Below, piece after piece: positions 36,005 through 45,881 of a stretch of DNA of 64,000 bases; position 1 is the first letter of the stretch, and the number at the start of each line of letters is the position of its first letter. The stretch comes from an uncultured Dehalococcoidia bacterium. GTDB taxonomy: Bacteria > Chloroflexota > Dehalococcoidia > Lucifugimonadales > UBA1127. The notes under the pieces were generated by a model. The model was not told where the DNA came from, ran no database searches, and worked only from the letters and a program-made list of their open reading frames with translations. A program made the position numbers and the translations under genes. The stretch covers positions 230,774 through 294,773 of the forward strand of contig OX638292.1 of assembly GCA_951812285.1 (NCBI GenBank), written 5' to 3'.

Positions 36005-36270
36005 CCGTTCAGGTGCCCACTCGGGAGAATAGGGAAGGCGGTGTAAGTCCGCCGCGGTAGCGCCACTGTAAGCGGGAACGGGGCCGGTGCCCACTGTCGC
36101 AGTCGCGATGGGAAGGGCCCCGGCAGCCAAATAGTCTGCCCGCGAGCCAGGAGACCTGCCTGATCGGGAGGTGACCACTCTCCGCACCAGAGAGGGTCCC
36201 TGGCACGCCGCGCGCTTGGACACATTGAGCGCGACGAACCGACCTCCAGCGGAGAGTTGCTGGAGGTCTT
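36005..36270 (+). promoter_or_regulatory. Cobalamin (B12) riboswitch with an SD-sequestering expression platform
   Basis: Conserved core AATAGGGAAGGCGGTGTAAGTCCGCC, GCCACTG (36062-36068) and B12-box AGCCAGGAGACCTGCC (36145-36160). Downstream is a perfect 10-bp helix GACCTCCAGC / GCTGGAGGTC (36241-36268) that buries GGAGG (36262-36266) and the start region of the permease gene. Confidence 0.85.
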
Positions 36271-37351
36271 CTTGTTGCGTGTCGCGGCCTTGTCAAGGAT
36301 CGAGGTTTATCGTCGGGCCGGAGTGAGTGTTCGGCTCGTGCTCGGGGGCGGCGTACTCTCCTTGCTGATTCTCGCCTGTGCGCTGGTTTCACTCAGTCTC
36401 GGCCCCGTTGGCATTCCCGTCAGCCATGTTGCGTCCGTCATTCTGGCGCTCTTGGGCATTGACGGCGGTGAGTTTTCTCGCACTGAGCAGCTTGTTATCG
36501 AGCAGATCCGTTTGCCCCGAATCGTCGTAGGCGCGGCGGTCGGCATGGCGCTTGGGGTTTCTGGGGCCACGATGCAAGGGTTATTCCGCAACCCCATGGC
36601 GGACCCGGGCATCATTGGCGTTTCCGCAGGTGGCGCCGTTGGCGCGGTAGCCGCAATCGCGTTGGGCGCGACAGGGCTCTTCTTCCTTGCGCTGCCCACC
36701 TTTGCGTTTGTGGGCGCCATTTCGGCGACCTTCCTCGTGTATGGTATTGCAGCAGTAGGCGGACACTTCTCGATGGCCACGCTGTTGCTGGCGGGCGTTG
36801 CTGTAAACGCGTTCCTCGGAGCCATCGTCTCCGCCATTATCATCCTGCTGCCCGACAACGAGGCCCTTAGGGAGATTCTATTCTGGCTTGCCGGTGGCCT
36901 CGATTCCCGTTCGTGGGAACATGTACGAATCTCGGTGCCGCTTATCTTCGGAGGCGCCGCTGTGATTACCCTCATGGCGCGCGACCTTAACCTGCTGACG
37001 TTAGGCGACGACGAGGCGCGTTCGATGGGCGTGCGTGTGGGATACATGCGAACCGTCCTGATGACGGCGGCAGCGTTGGCGACGGGCGCTGCAGTTGCGG
37101 TCAGCGGGACCATTGCATTCGTGGGGTTGGTGACTCCGCACATCTTGCGGCTCGTGCTTGGTCCGGACCACCGTGTACTCATTCCCATGAGTGCCATCGG
37201 TGGCGCCATCTTCGTCGTTGTCGCCGACACCTTCGCCCGCACAGTCATTCAACCTGCCGAGTTTCGCGTCGGCGTGCTGACTGCCTTTGTCGGCGCACCC
37301 TTCTTTATCCTGCTGCTCATAAAGAACAAGCGGCAGGCGTATTCGCTTTAG
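36257..37351 (+). CDS. btuC: FecCD/BtuC-family ABC permease (cobalamin/siderophore type)
   Basis: About 9-10 TM helices with typical FecCD blocks (QGLFRNPMADPGIIGVS, TGAAVAVSGTIAFVGLVTPH). First gene after the B12 riboswitch. TTG 36272 (5 nt after GGAGG) is a better-spaced start than TTG 36257. Confidence 0.85.
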   Translation: MLEVFLLRVAALSRIEVYRRAGVSVRLVLGGGVLSLLILACALVSLSLGPVGIPVSHVASVILALLGIDGGEFSRTEQLVIEQIRLPRIVVGAAVGMALGVSGATMQGLFRNPMADPGIIGVSAGGAVGAVAAIALGATGLFFLALPTFAFVGAISATFLVYGIAAVGGHFSMATLLLAGVAVNAFLGAIVSAIIILLPDNEALREILFWLAGGLDSRSWEHVRISVPLIFGGAAVITLMARDLNLLTLGDDEARSMGVRVGYMRTVLMTAAALATGAAVAVSGTIAFVGLVTPHILRLVLGPDHRVLIPMSAIGGAIFVVVADTFARTVIQPAEFRVGVLTAFVGAPFFILLLIKNKRQAYSL

Positions 37352-37373
37352 TCCGCGAGCACCGAAAGGAGAC

Positions 37374-38540
37374 ATGATGATCAAACGTGGGTTTTGCTGC
37401 CTGTTCCTACCCATAATCTTGCTGCTTGCGATTCCTATCGCGGCATGCTCGACAGGCGAACCTGCGGCTGTCCCCGTACCCGACCCGACACCGGTTGTCG
37501 TTACACCTGAACCCGCTAAAGTCCCAGACTTGACCGCCGAACCACCGGTACATGCGCCAACCCAATTACCGTCTGCCACGCCGACGCCAATGCCGGCACC
37601 GACGCCAACGCCCATGTCGTCGTTGATGGGTGTGCGCGGGATCGTGGACCCGACCAACTTTAGCTGGCCCCGAGAGGTAGAAGGACTCAATGGTTTCGTG
37701 ACTATCCCGGCAAAGCCGGAGCGCATCATCACGGCCTCCGTTGGCCACGACGAATCCGTACTAGCCCTGGTCCCGGCGGAACGTCTGGTAGCCGTTGGGG
37801 CTTTCACGAAGGATGAGACATTCTCAAACATTGCCGAGTTTGTGAAGGACAGGCCAGAGATTACCCGGGATCCTGAAACAATCATTGCGCAATCTCCTGA
37901 CGTTGTGGTAACCAGCCCGTTCTTCACAGCGGATGGCATCGACGCGCTGACGAGGGTCGGCATCCCCGTCGTGCAGACGGAGTTGAAGCACGATCCGGAG
38001 GCGCGAATCAACAACATCCTCTTCATCGGCTATATCCTCGGCGAGGAGGAGAGGGCTCTTCAGTTTGCCATGGAAGTGCGTGAACGGTATGAGTCCCTGG
38101 TAGGGGTGACCAGCAAAGCCGCGCCACAGCCGCGGGTGCTTGCCGTTACGCAGTACTCCGATAAGCTTTGGGTCGCGGGCAGTAACTCGACTGAAGGTGG
38201 GGTAATCGTCGCTGCAGGCGGCGTCAACGCCGCCGATGAGGCCGGGATTGAGGGCAACCAGACAACGAGCCTCGAGGGAGTCATCGCGATGGCGCCCGAG
38301 GTGATCATTATCCCTCAGCCTGTAGCTTTTGGAGCAAATGAGTTCCGTGAGAGCCTCTTGAACAACGAGACCTTGGCAGAAGTTCCAGCCATCAAGAGCG
38401 GCAGGGTCTTTGTGGTGGAGAGCAAACACTTTACTACGCTGTCTTACTGGAACATTCGCGGTGCGGAAGACCTTGCTAGGATGCTGTGGCCGGATGACTT
38501 TTCGGCTAATCCATCGCCTGCATTCAGCCTTGCGGAGTAG
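37374..38540 (+). CDS. btuF: Periplasmic-binding-protein type-8 lipoprotein (cobalamin/siderophore SBP)
   Basis: Lipobox IAACSTG and a Pro/Thr linker. PBP core (PERIITASVGHDESVLALVP..RLVAV...PDVVV). Lies between the FecCD permease and the ATPase. Confidence 0.8.
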   Translation: MMIKRGFCCLFLPIILLLAIPIAACSTGEPAAVPVPDPTPVVVTPEPAKVPDLTAEPPVHAPTQLPSATPTPMPAPTPTPMSSLMGVRGIVDPTNFSWPREVEGLNGFVTIPAKPERIITASVGHDESVLALVPAERLVAVGAFTKDETFSNIAEFVKDRPEITRDPETIIAQSPDVVVTSPFFTADGIDALTRVGIPVVQTELKHDPEARINNILFIGYILGEEERALQFAMEVRERYESLVGVTSKAAPQPRVLAVTQYSDKLWVAGSNSTEGGVIVAAGGVNAADEAGIEGNQTTSLEGVIAMAPEVIIIPQPVAFGANEFRESLLNNETLAEVPAIKSGRVFVVESKHFTTLSYWNIRGAEDLARMLWPDDFSANPSPAFSLAE

Positions 38541-38546
38541 CAGTTT

Positions 38547-39383
38547 ATGCAAAACCGACGGCCACCAGCGATAGATGCACAGGAACTCTTCTTCAAGGTG
38601 GAAGCCAAGACACTGTTGGATGGCGTTGACCTGCACGCGGACCATGGGCGGATGGTGGGCCTCATTGGACCTAACGGTGCTGGCAAGTCCACGTTCCTGC
38701 GGGCAATTTCAGGCGTGCTTCGATTGCAGGGTGGGAGCATCCACCTTGACGGCAGAGACATGCAGTCCTTGACGTCTAGGGAAGTGGCCGCGGACATGGC
38801 AATTGTGCCGCAGATACTGCCGTACACGCACGGATTCACGGTGATGGAGTTGGTGCTCATGGGGCGGTACCCCCATTTAGGCCGCTTCCAGATCGAGGGT
38901 AAGGAGGACGCTCGCATTGCCTGGGACGCAATGCGGTTGACTGAGACTGAGCAGTTTTCGGATCGGAGACTCGACACGCTGTCCGGAGGCGAACGGCAGC
39001 GCGTGATTGTTTCGCGTGCCTTGGCGCAGCTACCCCGAATCCTATTGCTCGACGAACCTACGGCCAACTTGGACGTGTTGCAACAGCTGAAGGTTCTGGG
39101 CCTTGTTCGAGAGCTGGTGGATGAAGGGCTCACAGCCATCGCGGCCATTCACGATTTGACCTTGGCGGCGCGCTTCTGCGATCGCCTTGTGCTGCTGAGC
39201 GAGGGCCGGGTGCTGGCAGCGGGGCAGCCGAATGAGATCCTGACGACCGATAGGATTGCCGCTGCATTCGGCGTCGAAGCTGCCGTCTATCGCGACCCCA
39301 ATACAGGATCGTTGGCAATCAGCCTCATTGGCCCCGCGGAAGCGCACAAACCCAAGGCAAACGGGCGCAGCGCTTGCGTCTAG
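38547..39383 (+). CDS. btuD: ABC transporter ATP-binding protein (BtuD/FecE type)
   Basis: Walker A GPNGAGKST, signature LSGGERQR, Walker B LLLDEPT. Confidence 0.9.
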   Translation: MQNRRPPAIDAQELFFKVEAKTLLDGVDLHADHGRMVGLIGPNGAGKSTFLRAISGVLRLQGGSIHLDGRDMQSLTSREVAADMAIVPQILPYTHGFTVMELVLMGRYPHLGRFQIEGKEDARIAWDAMRLTETEQFSDRRLDTLSGGERQRVIVSRALAQLPRILLLDEPTANLDVLQQLKVLGLVRELVDEGLTAIAAIHDLTLAARFCDRLVLLSEGRVLAAGQPNEILTTDRIAAAFGVEAAVYRDPNTGSLAISLIGPAEAHKPKANGRSACV

Positions 39384-39464
39384 ACTGCGTCGCCCCCACC
39401 AATACCAAGCGTATAGCACCATCAGTACAAGCGGGTTAACACTGGGGGATTCACACGGGAAAGC

Positions 39465-40997
39465 CTATTTGCCCCATAGCCCCGCCGAGCGGTAAACAAG
39501 GTCCATGTCTACATGCTCGCAAACGAAGGCGGCCAACTTGTCGAATTCCTCGTCTTGGTCCGCATCCGTTGATTGCTGCGTAAGCGTGATGCCCTTTCGA
39601 TTCGCCACACACGCCAAAATGGACTGGCGCGCGGCTCGATTGTGGAACAGACCGTGCATGTACGTCCCGAGCGTCAGCCCTTCGGCATCCAAGGCACCGT
39701 CTGGCTGGTTGACGCGCTCACCTGAGCGTGTTTCCAGTACAAGAGGATGAGTTAGACCCGCGCCAGAGGTCACACCCAAGTGGATTTCGTAGCCGGTGAG
39801 CTCTGCGCCAGAGCAGCCGCTGAGCAGTCCGCGTTCCTCAGTAACTCTGGCCCGAACCTGATGCGTGACCTTTGCGGTCAGAAACGTAGTGGAACAGGGC
39901 AACAATCCTAACCCGGGCGTCCGCAGCCGTGGCGATTCCACACTGTCGGGGTCTAGGAGTTCCATTCCTAGCATCTGGTAACCTGCACAAATGCCTACGA
40001 TTGGTGTGCCCCTGGCGCGGGCATCAAGAAGGAGGCCGGCCAATCCACGCCCTCGCAACCAGTCAAGGTCCGCTGCAGTGGTCTTGCTGCCCGGAATGAC
40101 AACTAAGTCCGGCTCACCAAATTCTTCCGCCCGGGTGACGTAGTGTACCCGCACGCCGGGTTCGCGGTGCAATGGATCAAAATCGTCGAAGTTGGCGATG
40201 TGAGGGAGGCGCAAGACGGCGACGTCGATATCAGGGCCGTCTTCTCGTGCTGCGCCCTCTGGCAGGCCCAGCACATCCTCTTCCGGGATGTGGATGTCGA
40301 AGTAATACGGCAGCACACCCGCGACCGAAACGCCAGTGCGCTCTCGCAGCACGTCGATGCCGGGCGCGAGCAGCGTGGAGTCCCCGCGGAACTTGTTGAT
40401 GACAAAACCCTTGACCAACTCCCGCTCCTCGGGCTCTAACAAGGCCATAGTGCCGACAAGCTGCGCGAAGACGCCCCCACGCTCAATGTCCCCAACAAGG
40501 AGCACCGGGGAGTTGGCGTAGCGGGCCACAGCCATGTTGACGATATCGACGTGCCTTAGGTTTATCTCCGCTGGACTGCCTGCCCCCTCGATGACAACGA
40601 CGTCAAATTCCCGGCGCAAGGCATCCAGCGAGGCCGTTACGGTACGCCAGAGTTCCTCCTTTCGGTCGTAGTAGTCGCGAGCGGCAAGTGCCCTCTGCGG
40701 ACGGCCAAGCACCACCACCTGGGATAGGTTGTCGGACTCGGGCTTGAGGAGCACTGGGTTCATTTCGACGCGCGGCGTCGTCATGGCTGCAGCCGCCTGC
40801 ACAGCCTGTGAGCGGCCGATCTCTCCACCGTCGGGGGTGGCGAAGGAGTTGAGCGACATGTTCTGTGCCTTGAACGGGGCGACTGAGTAACCGGCTCGCG
40901 CGAAAATGCGGCAAAGTGCGGCGGCGAACACTGACTTGCCCGCGTGGGACGACGTTCCCTGCACCATAATTACTCTTGAGAGTTTACCGTTTGACAT
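39465..40997 (-). CDS. cobQ: Cobyric acid synthase
   Basis: N-terminal CobQ/CobB/MinD-type ATPase (MVQGTSSHAGKS) plus a C-terminal GATase domain (GICAGYQMLG). ATG at 40997 follows AAGGAGG. Confidence 0.9.
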   Translation of the reverse strand: MSNGKLSRVIMVQGTSSHAGKSVFAAALCRIFARAGYSVAPFKAQNMSLNSFATPDGGEIGRSQAVQAAAAMTTPRVEMNPVLLKPESDNLSQVVVLGRPQRALAARDYYDRKEELWRTVTASLDALRREFDVVVIEGAGSPAEINLRHVDIVNMAVARYANSPVLLVGDIERGGVFAQLVGTMALLEPEERELVKGFVINKFRGDSTLLAPGIDVLRERTGVSVAGVLPYYFDIHIPEEDVLGLPEGAAREDGPDIDVAVLRLPHIANFDDFDPLHREPGVRVHYVTRAEEFGEPDLVVIPGSKTTAADLDWLRGRGLAGLLLDARARGTPIVGICAGYQMLGMELLDPDSVESPRLRTPGLGLLPCSTTFLTAKVTHQVRARVTEERGLLSGCSGAELTGYEIHLGVTSGAGLTHPLVLETRSGERVNQPDGALDAEGLTLGTYMHGLFHNRAARQSILACVANRKGITLTQQSTDADQDEEFDKLAAFVCEHVDMDLVYRSAGLWGK

Positions 40998-41141
40998 CCG
41001 TGGTCGCCTCCTTGCAGTCAACTATTCCGGAACCATCGCGGGAGATGGCGCGGATGCGAATGAAAAGTGAACGTTCCTGGGAAATAGCGATTGTAGGTTG
41101 CAGGCGGGGGAAATGTGACGTCACTTCACTAGAGGCAATAG

Positions 41142-41215
41142 TGGCTGCCGAGCCTGGATTCGAACCAGGGTTACGTGGTCCAGAGCCACGCGTGCTACCG
41201 CTGCACCACTCGGCA
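41142..41215 (-). tRNA. tRNA-Gln (anticodon CUG), CCA encoded
   Basis: Hand-folded cloverleaf. Acceptor TGCCGAG/CTCGGCA (U1-A72, G73, typical of bacterial tRNA-Gln). D stem GTGC/GCAC. Anticodon stem CGTGG/CCACG with loop CTCTGGA. T arm CCTGG-TTCGAAT-CCAGG. Confidence 0.9.
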
Positions 41216-41225
41216 AAGGGTATCC

Positions 41226-41803
41226 TCAGTTTATCGCCGCTCGAAGTGGGGGGTCAAGGCGAGGTACTTGCGCCCGCCAATCGCGCACCTGCTTGGGCGA
41301 TCGCGGGTCGAACACCTTGGCGTGACGGGCGTCCTCTGCAATAGCGCCGCCGACATGTCGATGGTGCGCACGCCAGTGCGTGATGCACCATAGAAGAATG
41401 GAATCGCGGCTCATGAATCCCTAGCGAAGGGTCTCGCGATTGGTGCCCCATATCAGCCCCCAGTGAATGAACGGCGAAGCGTGCGCCAAAGCAGCCGCCA
41501 GAACACGATTCGGAAGAGTAGCCGCAGCCAGAGGATAGTGTCAGCCCGCGCCATAACCAAATCGCATACAACGCTGGCGTAGTTGCCGGTGCAGACCCAT
41601 CTGCCCGGACGGGCGTCTAGGCAGTCGACGACATCGGCGCGGAATTGGCCCCGAGTGTTCCCCCGCCACCCAGGGATTCAATGCGGGACGTCCAGGTCAA
41701 TGTGTGAAAGGCCCAACCGGTGCGCGGCTTCAGTTCCGAGGCTGGGTTTCCCGCATCCCGTCGGCACGGACACGCCTATGCGTTTCCCGATGAACGACTC
41801 CAT
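41226..41803 (-). pseudogene. Decayed adenylate-kinase-like P-loop NTPase (topology-modulation / AAA-family ATPase type)
   Basis: ATG 6 nt after the sbcC stop. P-loop is degenerate (PTGCGKPS). In-frame TGA at 41681-41683, where homologs usually have Trp (..H*IPGW). Family blocks WVCTGNY and ADTILWL are still readable. A frame change occurs near 41455, and there is an in-frame TAG before ..SRDSILLW. Confidence 0.55.
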
Positions 41804-41808
41804 TTCCT

Positions 41809-44400
41809 TCACGCCCACACGACCTGCAGCGATGAGCCACTTTCGTCTTTGCTGACGTCGATCCGCACTGGGAAGGCTTCTTTCATCTCCTCGATGTGCG
41901 TGACCACTAGGATTAGGTCAAACTCATCCTGTATGGTCTGGATGGCTTCCACAAGCCGCTCGCGTCCACCGGGGTCCTGCGTGCCGAAACCTTCGTCAAG
42001 AAAGAGGGTACGTAGGGGTGCGCCCGTGCGCGAGGCCAGCAGCTTTGCCAGTGCCACCCGCAACGCGAAGTCAATTCGGAAGGCTTCGCCCCCGCTGAAC
42101 AGCTCGTAGCTGCGCGTGCCGAGCTCGTCGGCGATGCGGATCTCCAGCGTCTCTGAGACGTTACCGCTTCGGTTCTGCCGCTGTGTCTCCAGAGAGAGCG
42201 TCATGCGATGGTCTGTGAGTCTCGCAAGCAGGTCGTTGGCCTGCGATTCCAACTCCGGGAGTGCAGCCTCGATTAGCAGCGCTTGGATTCCACCCCTGCC
42301 AAATGCGTCCACAAGTACGCTGTACGACGTCCGCATGGCCTGCAACTCATCATGCTCTTGCTGGAACTCGGCGAGCTCAGCCTCTCTAGTAGCCAACTGC
42401 TCGATTCGCATCGAATGCAGCCGCTCCTCACCCTGCAGCTTCGCGACCCGCGACTCCAGTGACTGCCGCTCATCTCTCCTAGCTTGCAGTTCGGTGCGGA
42501 GGACAGATTCTCCTTCCAGCTGTGTTGCGAACTCTGAGAGTCTCTGACTCGCCTCCTCCGCTTCGCTTCGCGTAGCAAGCGCCAACGAGGTAAATTCCGC
42601 TAGGGCCTTACGCTCTTGCGGCAACCGCACCTCTGCATCCCGCAGGTCCCGGGCAAGATCGGCAAAGCGTTCAAACTCCCGGACAGTTTGCCGCACCTCG
42701 GTGTGGTAGTCGGCGTCATAGGCTACTGCCGACCTACGCGCCTCAACTGCGGCCAGTTTCTGCCTCTCCTCTTGGGCAAAGCTATCCGCGTCGATGCGCC
42801 TCGTGATTGCTTCAATCTCCTTCGTAACCGAGGCAAGTTCTGCCTCCGCGGCCGCACCCTCCTTTACCTCGCGTTGCAGCTCGGCGAGGCGCGCGGCGTG
42901 GCGTTTCTGGGTCTCTTCAAGGCCGGCCTCCGCCTTCGAGAGCTTGGCCTCATCTTGCGCTTGCTTGGGCACTAGGAGTGCCAGCTGCTGGACGTTGCGA
43001 TCAAACTGAGAACGCCGCTCGCGGCCCTTCTGCTCTAGTTCTTCTCGCAGGTGCGTAAGTCCGTCGGCGCCGAGGCGAGTTCCGCATAGAGGGCAGTGTG
43101 TTTCGCCCTCCCGAAGCATTCGGTAGTTGCTGCGCAGTTCAGCCAATTCGGCGTCCAGCTGTTGATTGGCGGCCTCCATCTGCGCAATGGCGCGACGCGT
43201 GCCGTCGAGATCGACACGCAGTGCCTGAATCGCGTCGCGTTGCTCGTCCACGACGGATTCTTTAGTTGTGGCGTTTGCCAGGACTGCCTCAGCCGACTGG
43301 CCCCGTTCGACGCGCGGTCGCAACTCGCGTTCCGCGCGGCCTCGCAGCTGCTCGGCTTCGGCAGCCAACCGAGCAGCCGCTTGCGCGATCGCGTGTTCCA
43401 ACTCCATGGCCTGCCGTTCCAGAAGGGTGTCCCGTTGCTGCTCGTTGTCCAGTTCCTGCAACTGCTCCTTTGCATCCGTGAGCAAGGAGATCCCGTGGTG
43501 AACCTCTTCTCGTCGGGCCTGCGCGGCCTCGAGCCGTTCAATACGAGCGAGTGCCTGCTCGGCCTGTGCCTCTAGTCGCCCGGCCTCCTCGAGGCGTTTG
43601 TCCGTGGAACCTCGCAATCGGTCAGCCTCTTCCTGCACCCTGTCCAGCGCCATGACACGAGTCTCCAATGCCGCCTCTTCGGCCCTGGCGGCGACTAGCA
43701 GCGGGGCATGTCCCTCGAGCATTCTAAGGGCCTCATTCAGCGCCTGCTCAGTTGTGGAACGGGAAGCGAGGTCTTGCTCTGCCCGTTCGCGGTCTAACTG
43801 GTTACGCAGCAGTAACGCATCTTGCTCCCGCACGCGCTCTCGGGCTCGGTCCTGGAGCCGTTCGTAGAGCGAGAGTCCAAGAATCTCCGCGAGCGTCTCC
43901 TTCCTCTGGGCAGGCGTTCTCGTGGTGAACCTGTCTGCCTCGCCCTGCAGTAAGAAAGCGCTATTGACGAAAGTGTTGTAGCTCATTCGGAGCAGGCGTT
44001 GCACATGCGCCTCTGTTTCGGCAACCGAGCCCTCCGTCAACGACCGGAAGCCGTCGCCAGCAGCGACCTGAAGGTCGACCATACGCGCGGCGCCGCGCCG
44101 TCCGCCGCCCTTCGAATGTTTACGCACCATGCGGTACGTGGCCTCTGCCGCTGCAAATGTGAGGGCCACCTCCATGTCCGATTGTCCCTGGTATACCAGT
44201 TCGTCGGGAGAAGCACCGCCCGTGCCGAACTTGCGTCCGCGGGCCCATCCCCAAAGCGACCAGGTGACCGCGTCCAGCAGTGCCGACTTGCCGTTTCCGT
44301 TGTCTCCAGAAAGGCAACAAACGTGAATGTCCCGCAGGTCAAGCTCCGTCTCTCCACGGTAGCTGAGGAAGTTGTACAGTCGAAGATGTAGCGGGACCAT
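41809..44400 (-). CDS. sbcC: SbcC/Rad50-family DNA repair ATPase
   Basis: 863 aa. N-terminal Walker A (GDNGNGKSALLDA), very long coiled coil with zinc hook CPLCG, C-terminal signature and Walker B (LSGGEAFR...LFLDEGFG). No sbcD is adjacent. Confidence 0.85.
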   Translation of the reverse strand: MVPLHLRLYNFLSYRGETELDLRDIHVCCLSGDNGNGKSALLDAVTWSLWGWARGRKFGTGGASPDELVYQGQSDMEVALTFAAAEATYRMVRKHSKGGGRRGAARMVDLQVAAGDGFRSLTEGSVAETEAHVQRLLRMSYNTFVNSAFLLQGEADRFTTRTPAQRKETLAEILGLSLYERLQDRARERVREQDALLLRNQLDRERAEQDLASRSTTEQALNEALRMLEGHAPLLVAARAEEAALETRVMALDRVQEEADRLRGSTDKRLEEAGRLEAQAEQALARIERLEAAQARREEVHHGISLLTDAKEQLQELDNEQQRDTLLERQAMELEHAIAQAAARLAAEAEQLRGRAERELRPRVERGQSAEAVLANATTKESVVDEQRDAIQALRVDLDGTRRAIAQMEAANQQLDAELAELRSNYRMLREGETHCPLCGTRLGADGLTHLREELEQKGRERRSQFDRNVQQLALLVPKQAQDEAKLSKAEAGLEETQKRHAARLAELQREVKEGAAAEAELASVTKEIEAITRRIDADSFAQEERQKLAAVEARRSAVAYDADYHTEVRQTVREFERFADLARDLRDAEVRLPQERKALAEFTSLALATRSEAEEASQRLSEFATQLEGESVLRTELQARRDERQSLESRVAKLQGEERLHSMRIEQLATREAELAEFQQEHDELQAMRTSYSVLVDAFGRGGIQALLIEAALPELESQANDLLARLTDHRMTLSLETQRQNRSGNVSETLEIRIADELGTRSYELFSGGEAFRIDFALRVALAKLLASRTGAPLRTLFLDEGFGTQDPGGRERLVEAIQTIQDEFDLILVVTHIEEMKEAFPVRIDVSKDESGSSLQVVWA

Positions 44401-44531
44401 CGGTAGGGACCTCCGGGGTGGTGGGAGAATCGTAGCACAGCGAGAGCCATCAGGGTCGCCGCTGAATCCTCACTTGGAGTCCTGTTTACCGCGCGTCTGC
44501 TGCACCCCTACAATGACCGTGGAGGAAACGT

Positions 44532-45869
44532 ATGTTTGACGCACTTGGCGAAAAGCTATCCACCTTGTTTCAGCGGCTTGGGGGCAAGGGCCGTTTGACT
44601 GAAAGAGACATCGACGAAGCGCTTAAGGAAGTGCGTGTCGCATTGCTGGAAGCTGATGTCAACTTTCGAGTCGCGAGGGAATTTGTCGCGAGGGTCAAGG
44701 CGCGCTGCCTCGACGTCGACCTGCTTCAGGGGCTCAACCCCGGGCAGCAAGTAGTCAAAGTGGTCAACGAGGAACTGACGGCCATCCTCAGCGCTGGTGA
44801 CCATCGCCTCCACCACGGCACCAATGCAACTGCCGTCCTTATGCTTGTGGGTTTGCAGGGCTCCGGCAAGACAACCACTGCGGCGAAGCTCGCACTAAAT
44901 CTCGCTACAGGTAGTCGCGCCAAGCCGATGCTCGTCGCGGCCGACCTCCGCCGCCCCGCAGCCATCGAGCAGATTACCGCCCTCGGCAGACAGCTCGATG
45001 TGCCTGTCTATTCCGAACCCCGGACGTCTTCGACGGCGGTCCTCACCGCAAGAAATGGCGCGGCTGAAGCGGCACGGCAGGGTTGCCCTTGGGCCATCAT
45101 CGACACTGGCGGCCGCCTACAGATAGATGACGAGCTCATGGAGGAACTCGCCGAGACCAAGAAGGCCCTCAATCCGGAGGAGGTAGTCCTGGTCGTCGAC
45201 GCTATGACTGGCCAGGAGGCCGTCAACGCCGCGACCGCTTTCAACGAGCAGGTCGGTCTGACGGGACTCATTCTCACCAAGATGGACGGCGATGCCCGCG
45301 GTGGCGCGGCCCTCTCCATCAGTGCGGTGACCGGCGTTCCCATAAAATTTATGGGAGTGGGCGAGAAGATCGACGCACTTGAGCCCTTCTACCCGGACCG
45401 CCTCGCCTCCCGCATCTTGGGAATGGGCGACATCCTCACCCTGATCGAGAAGGCTCAAGAGGTGGTGGACACCAGGCAGGCCGAGGAGATGGAGCGGAAG
45501 CTTCGCAAGGCCACGTTCGACTTGCAGGACTTTCTCGACCAGCTGCGGGCCGTGCAGAAGATGGGACCATTGGGACAGGTTCTGGAGATGGTTCCCGGGA
45601 TGAAGGGTCGGATAAAGGCCGATGACGTTGATGACGACCACTTGAAGAGTGTCGAGGCAATCGTACTTTCAATGACACCTCGGGAGCGGCGTGAACCCAA
45701 TGTGCTCAACGCCTCCCGGCGCCGCCGAATCGCACTGGGCAGCGGAACAAGCGTGCAGGAGGTCAACCAGCTTCTGAATCAATTCAAGCAGATGCAACGA
45801 ATGATGAAGCAATTCTCCGGTGGGAAGATCAAGCGGATGGGCGCCTTGCAGCAATTAATGCGTCAGTAA
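44532..45869 (+). CDS. ffh: Signal recognition particle protein Ffh
   Basis: N domain, SRP54 GTPase (GLQGSGKTTT, DTGGR, TKMDGD) and a Met-rich M domain. Confidence 0.95.
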   Translation: MFDALGEKLSTLFQRLGGKGRLTERDIDEALKEVRVALLEADVNFRVAREFVARVKARCLDVDLLQGLNPGQQVVKVVNEELTAILSAGDHRLHHGTNATAVLMLVGLQGSGKTTTAAKLALNLATGSRAKPMLVAADLRRPAAIEQITALGRQLDVPVYSEPRTSSTAVLTARNGAAEAARQGCPWAIIDTGGRLQIDDELMEELAETKKALNPEEVVLVVDAMTGQEAVNAATAFNEQVGLTGLILTKMDGDARGGAALSISAVTGVPIKFMGVGEKIDALEPFYPDRLASRILGMGDILTLIEKAQEVVDTRQAEEMERKLRKATFDLQDFLDQLRAVQKMGPLGQVLEMVPGMKGRIKADDVDDDHLKSVEAIVLSMTPRERREPNVLNASRRRRIALGSGTSVQEVNQLLNQFKQMQRMMKQFSGGKIKRMGALQQLMRQ

Positions 45870-45881
45870 TCCTACAGTTCA

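Noticed and set aside
41114-41123. Palindrome GTGACGTCAC between tRNA-Gln and cobQ as a terminator or operator.
   Set aside because: It can form only a 5-bp stem with a 4-nt loop and has no U-tract. That is too weak to call.
41681-41683. In-frame TGA at a Trp-equivalent position in the kinase-like frame, as possible UGA recoding (Trp or selenocysteine).
   Set aside because: TGA is used as an ordinary stop by neighbouring genes (e.g. dnaJ, sbcC). The same frame also has a frameshift and an in-frame TAG, so decay is the simpler explanation.
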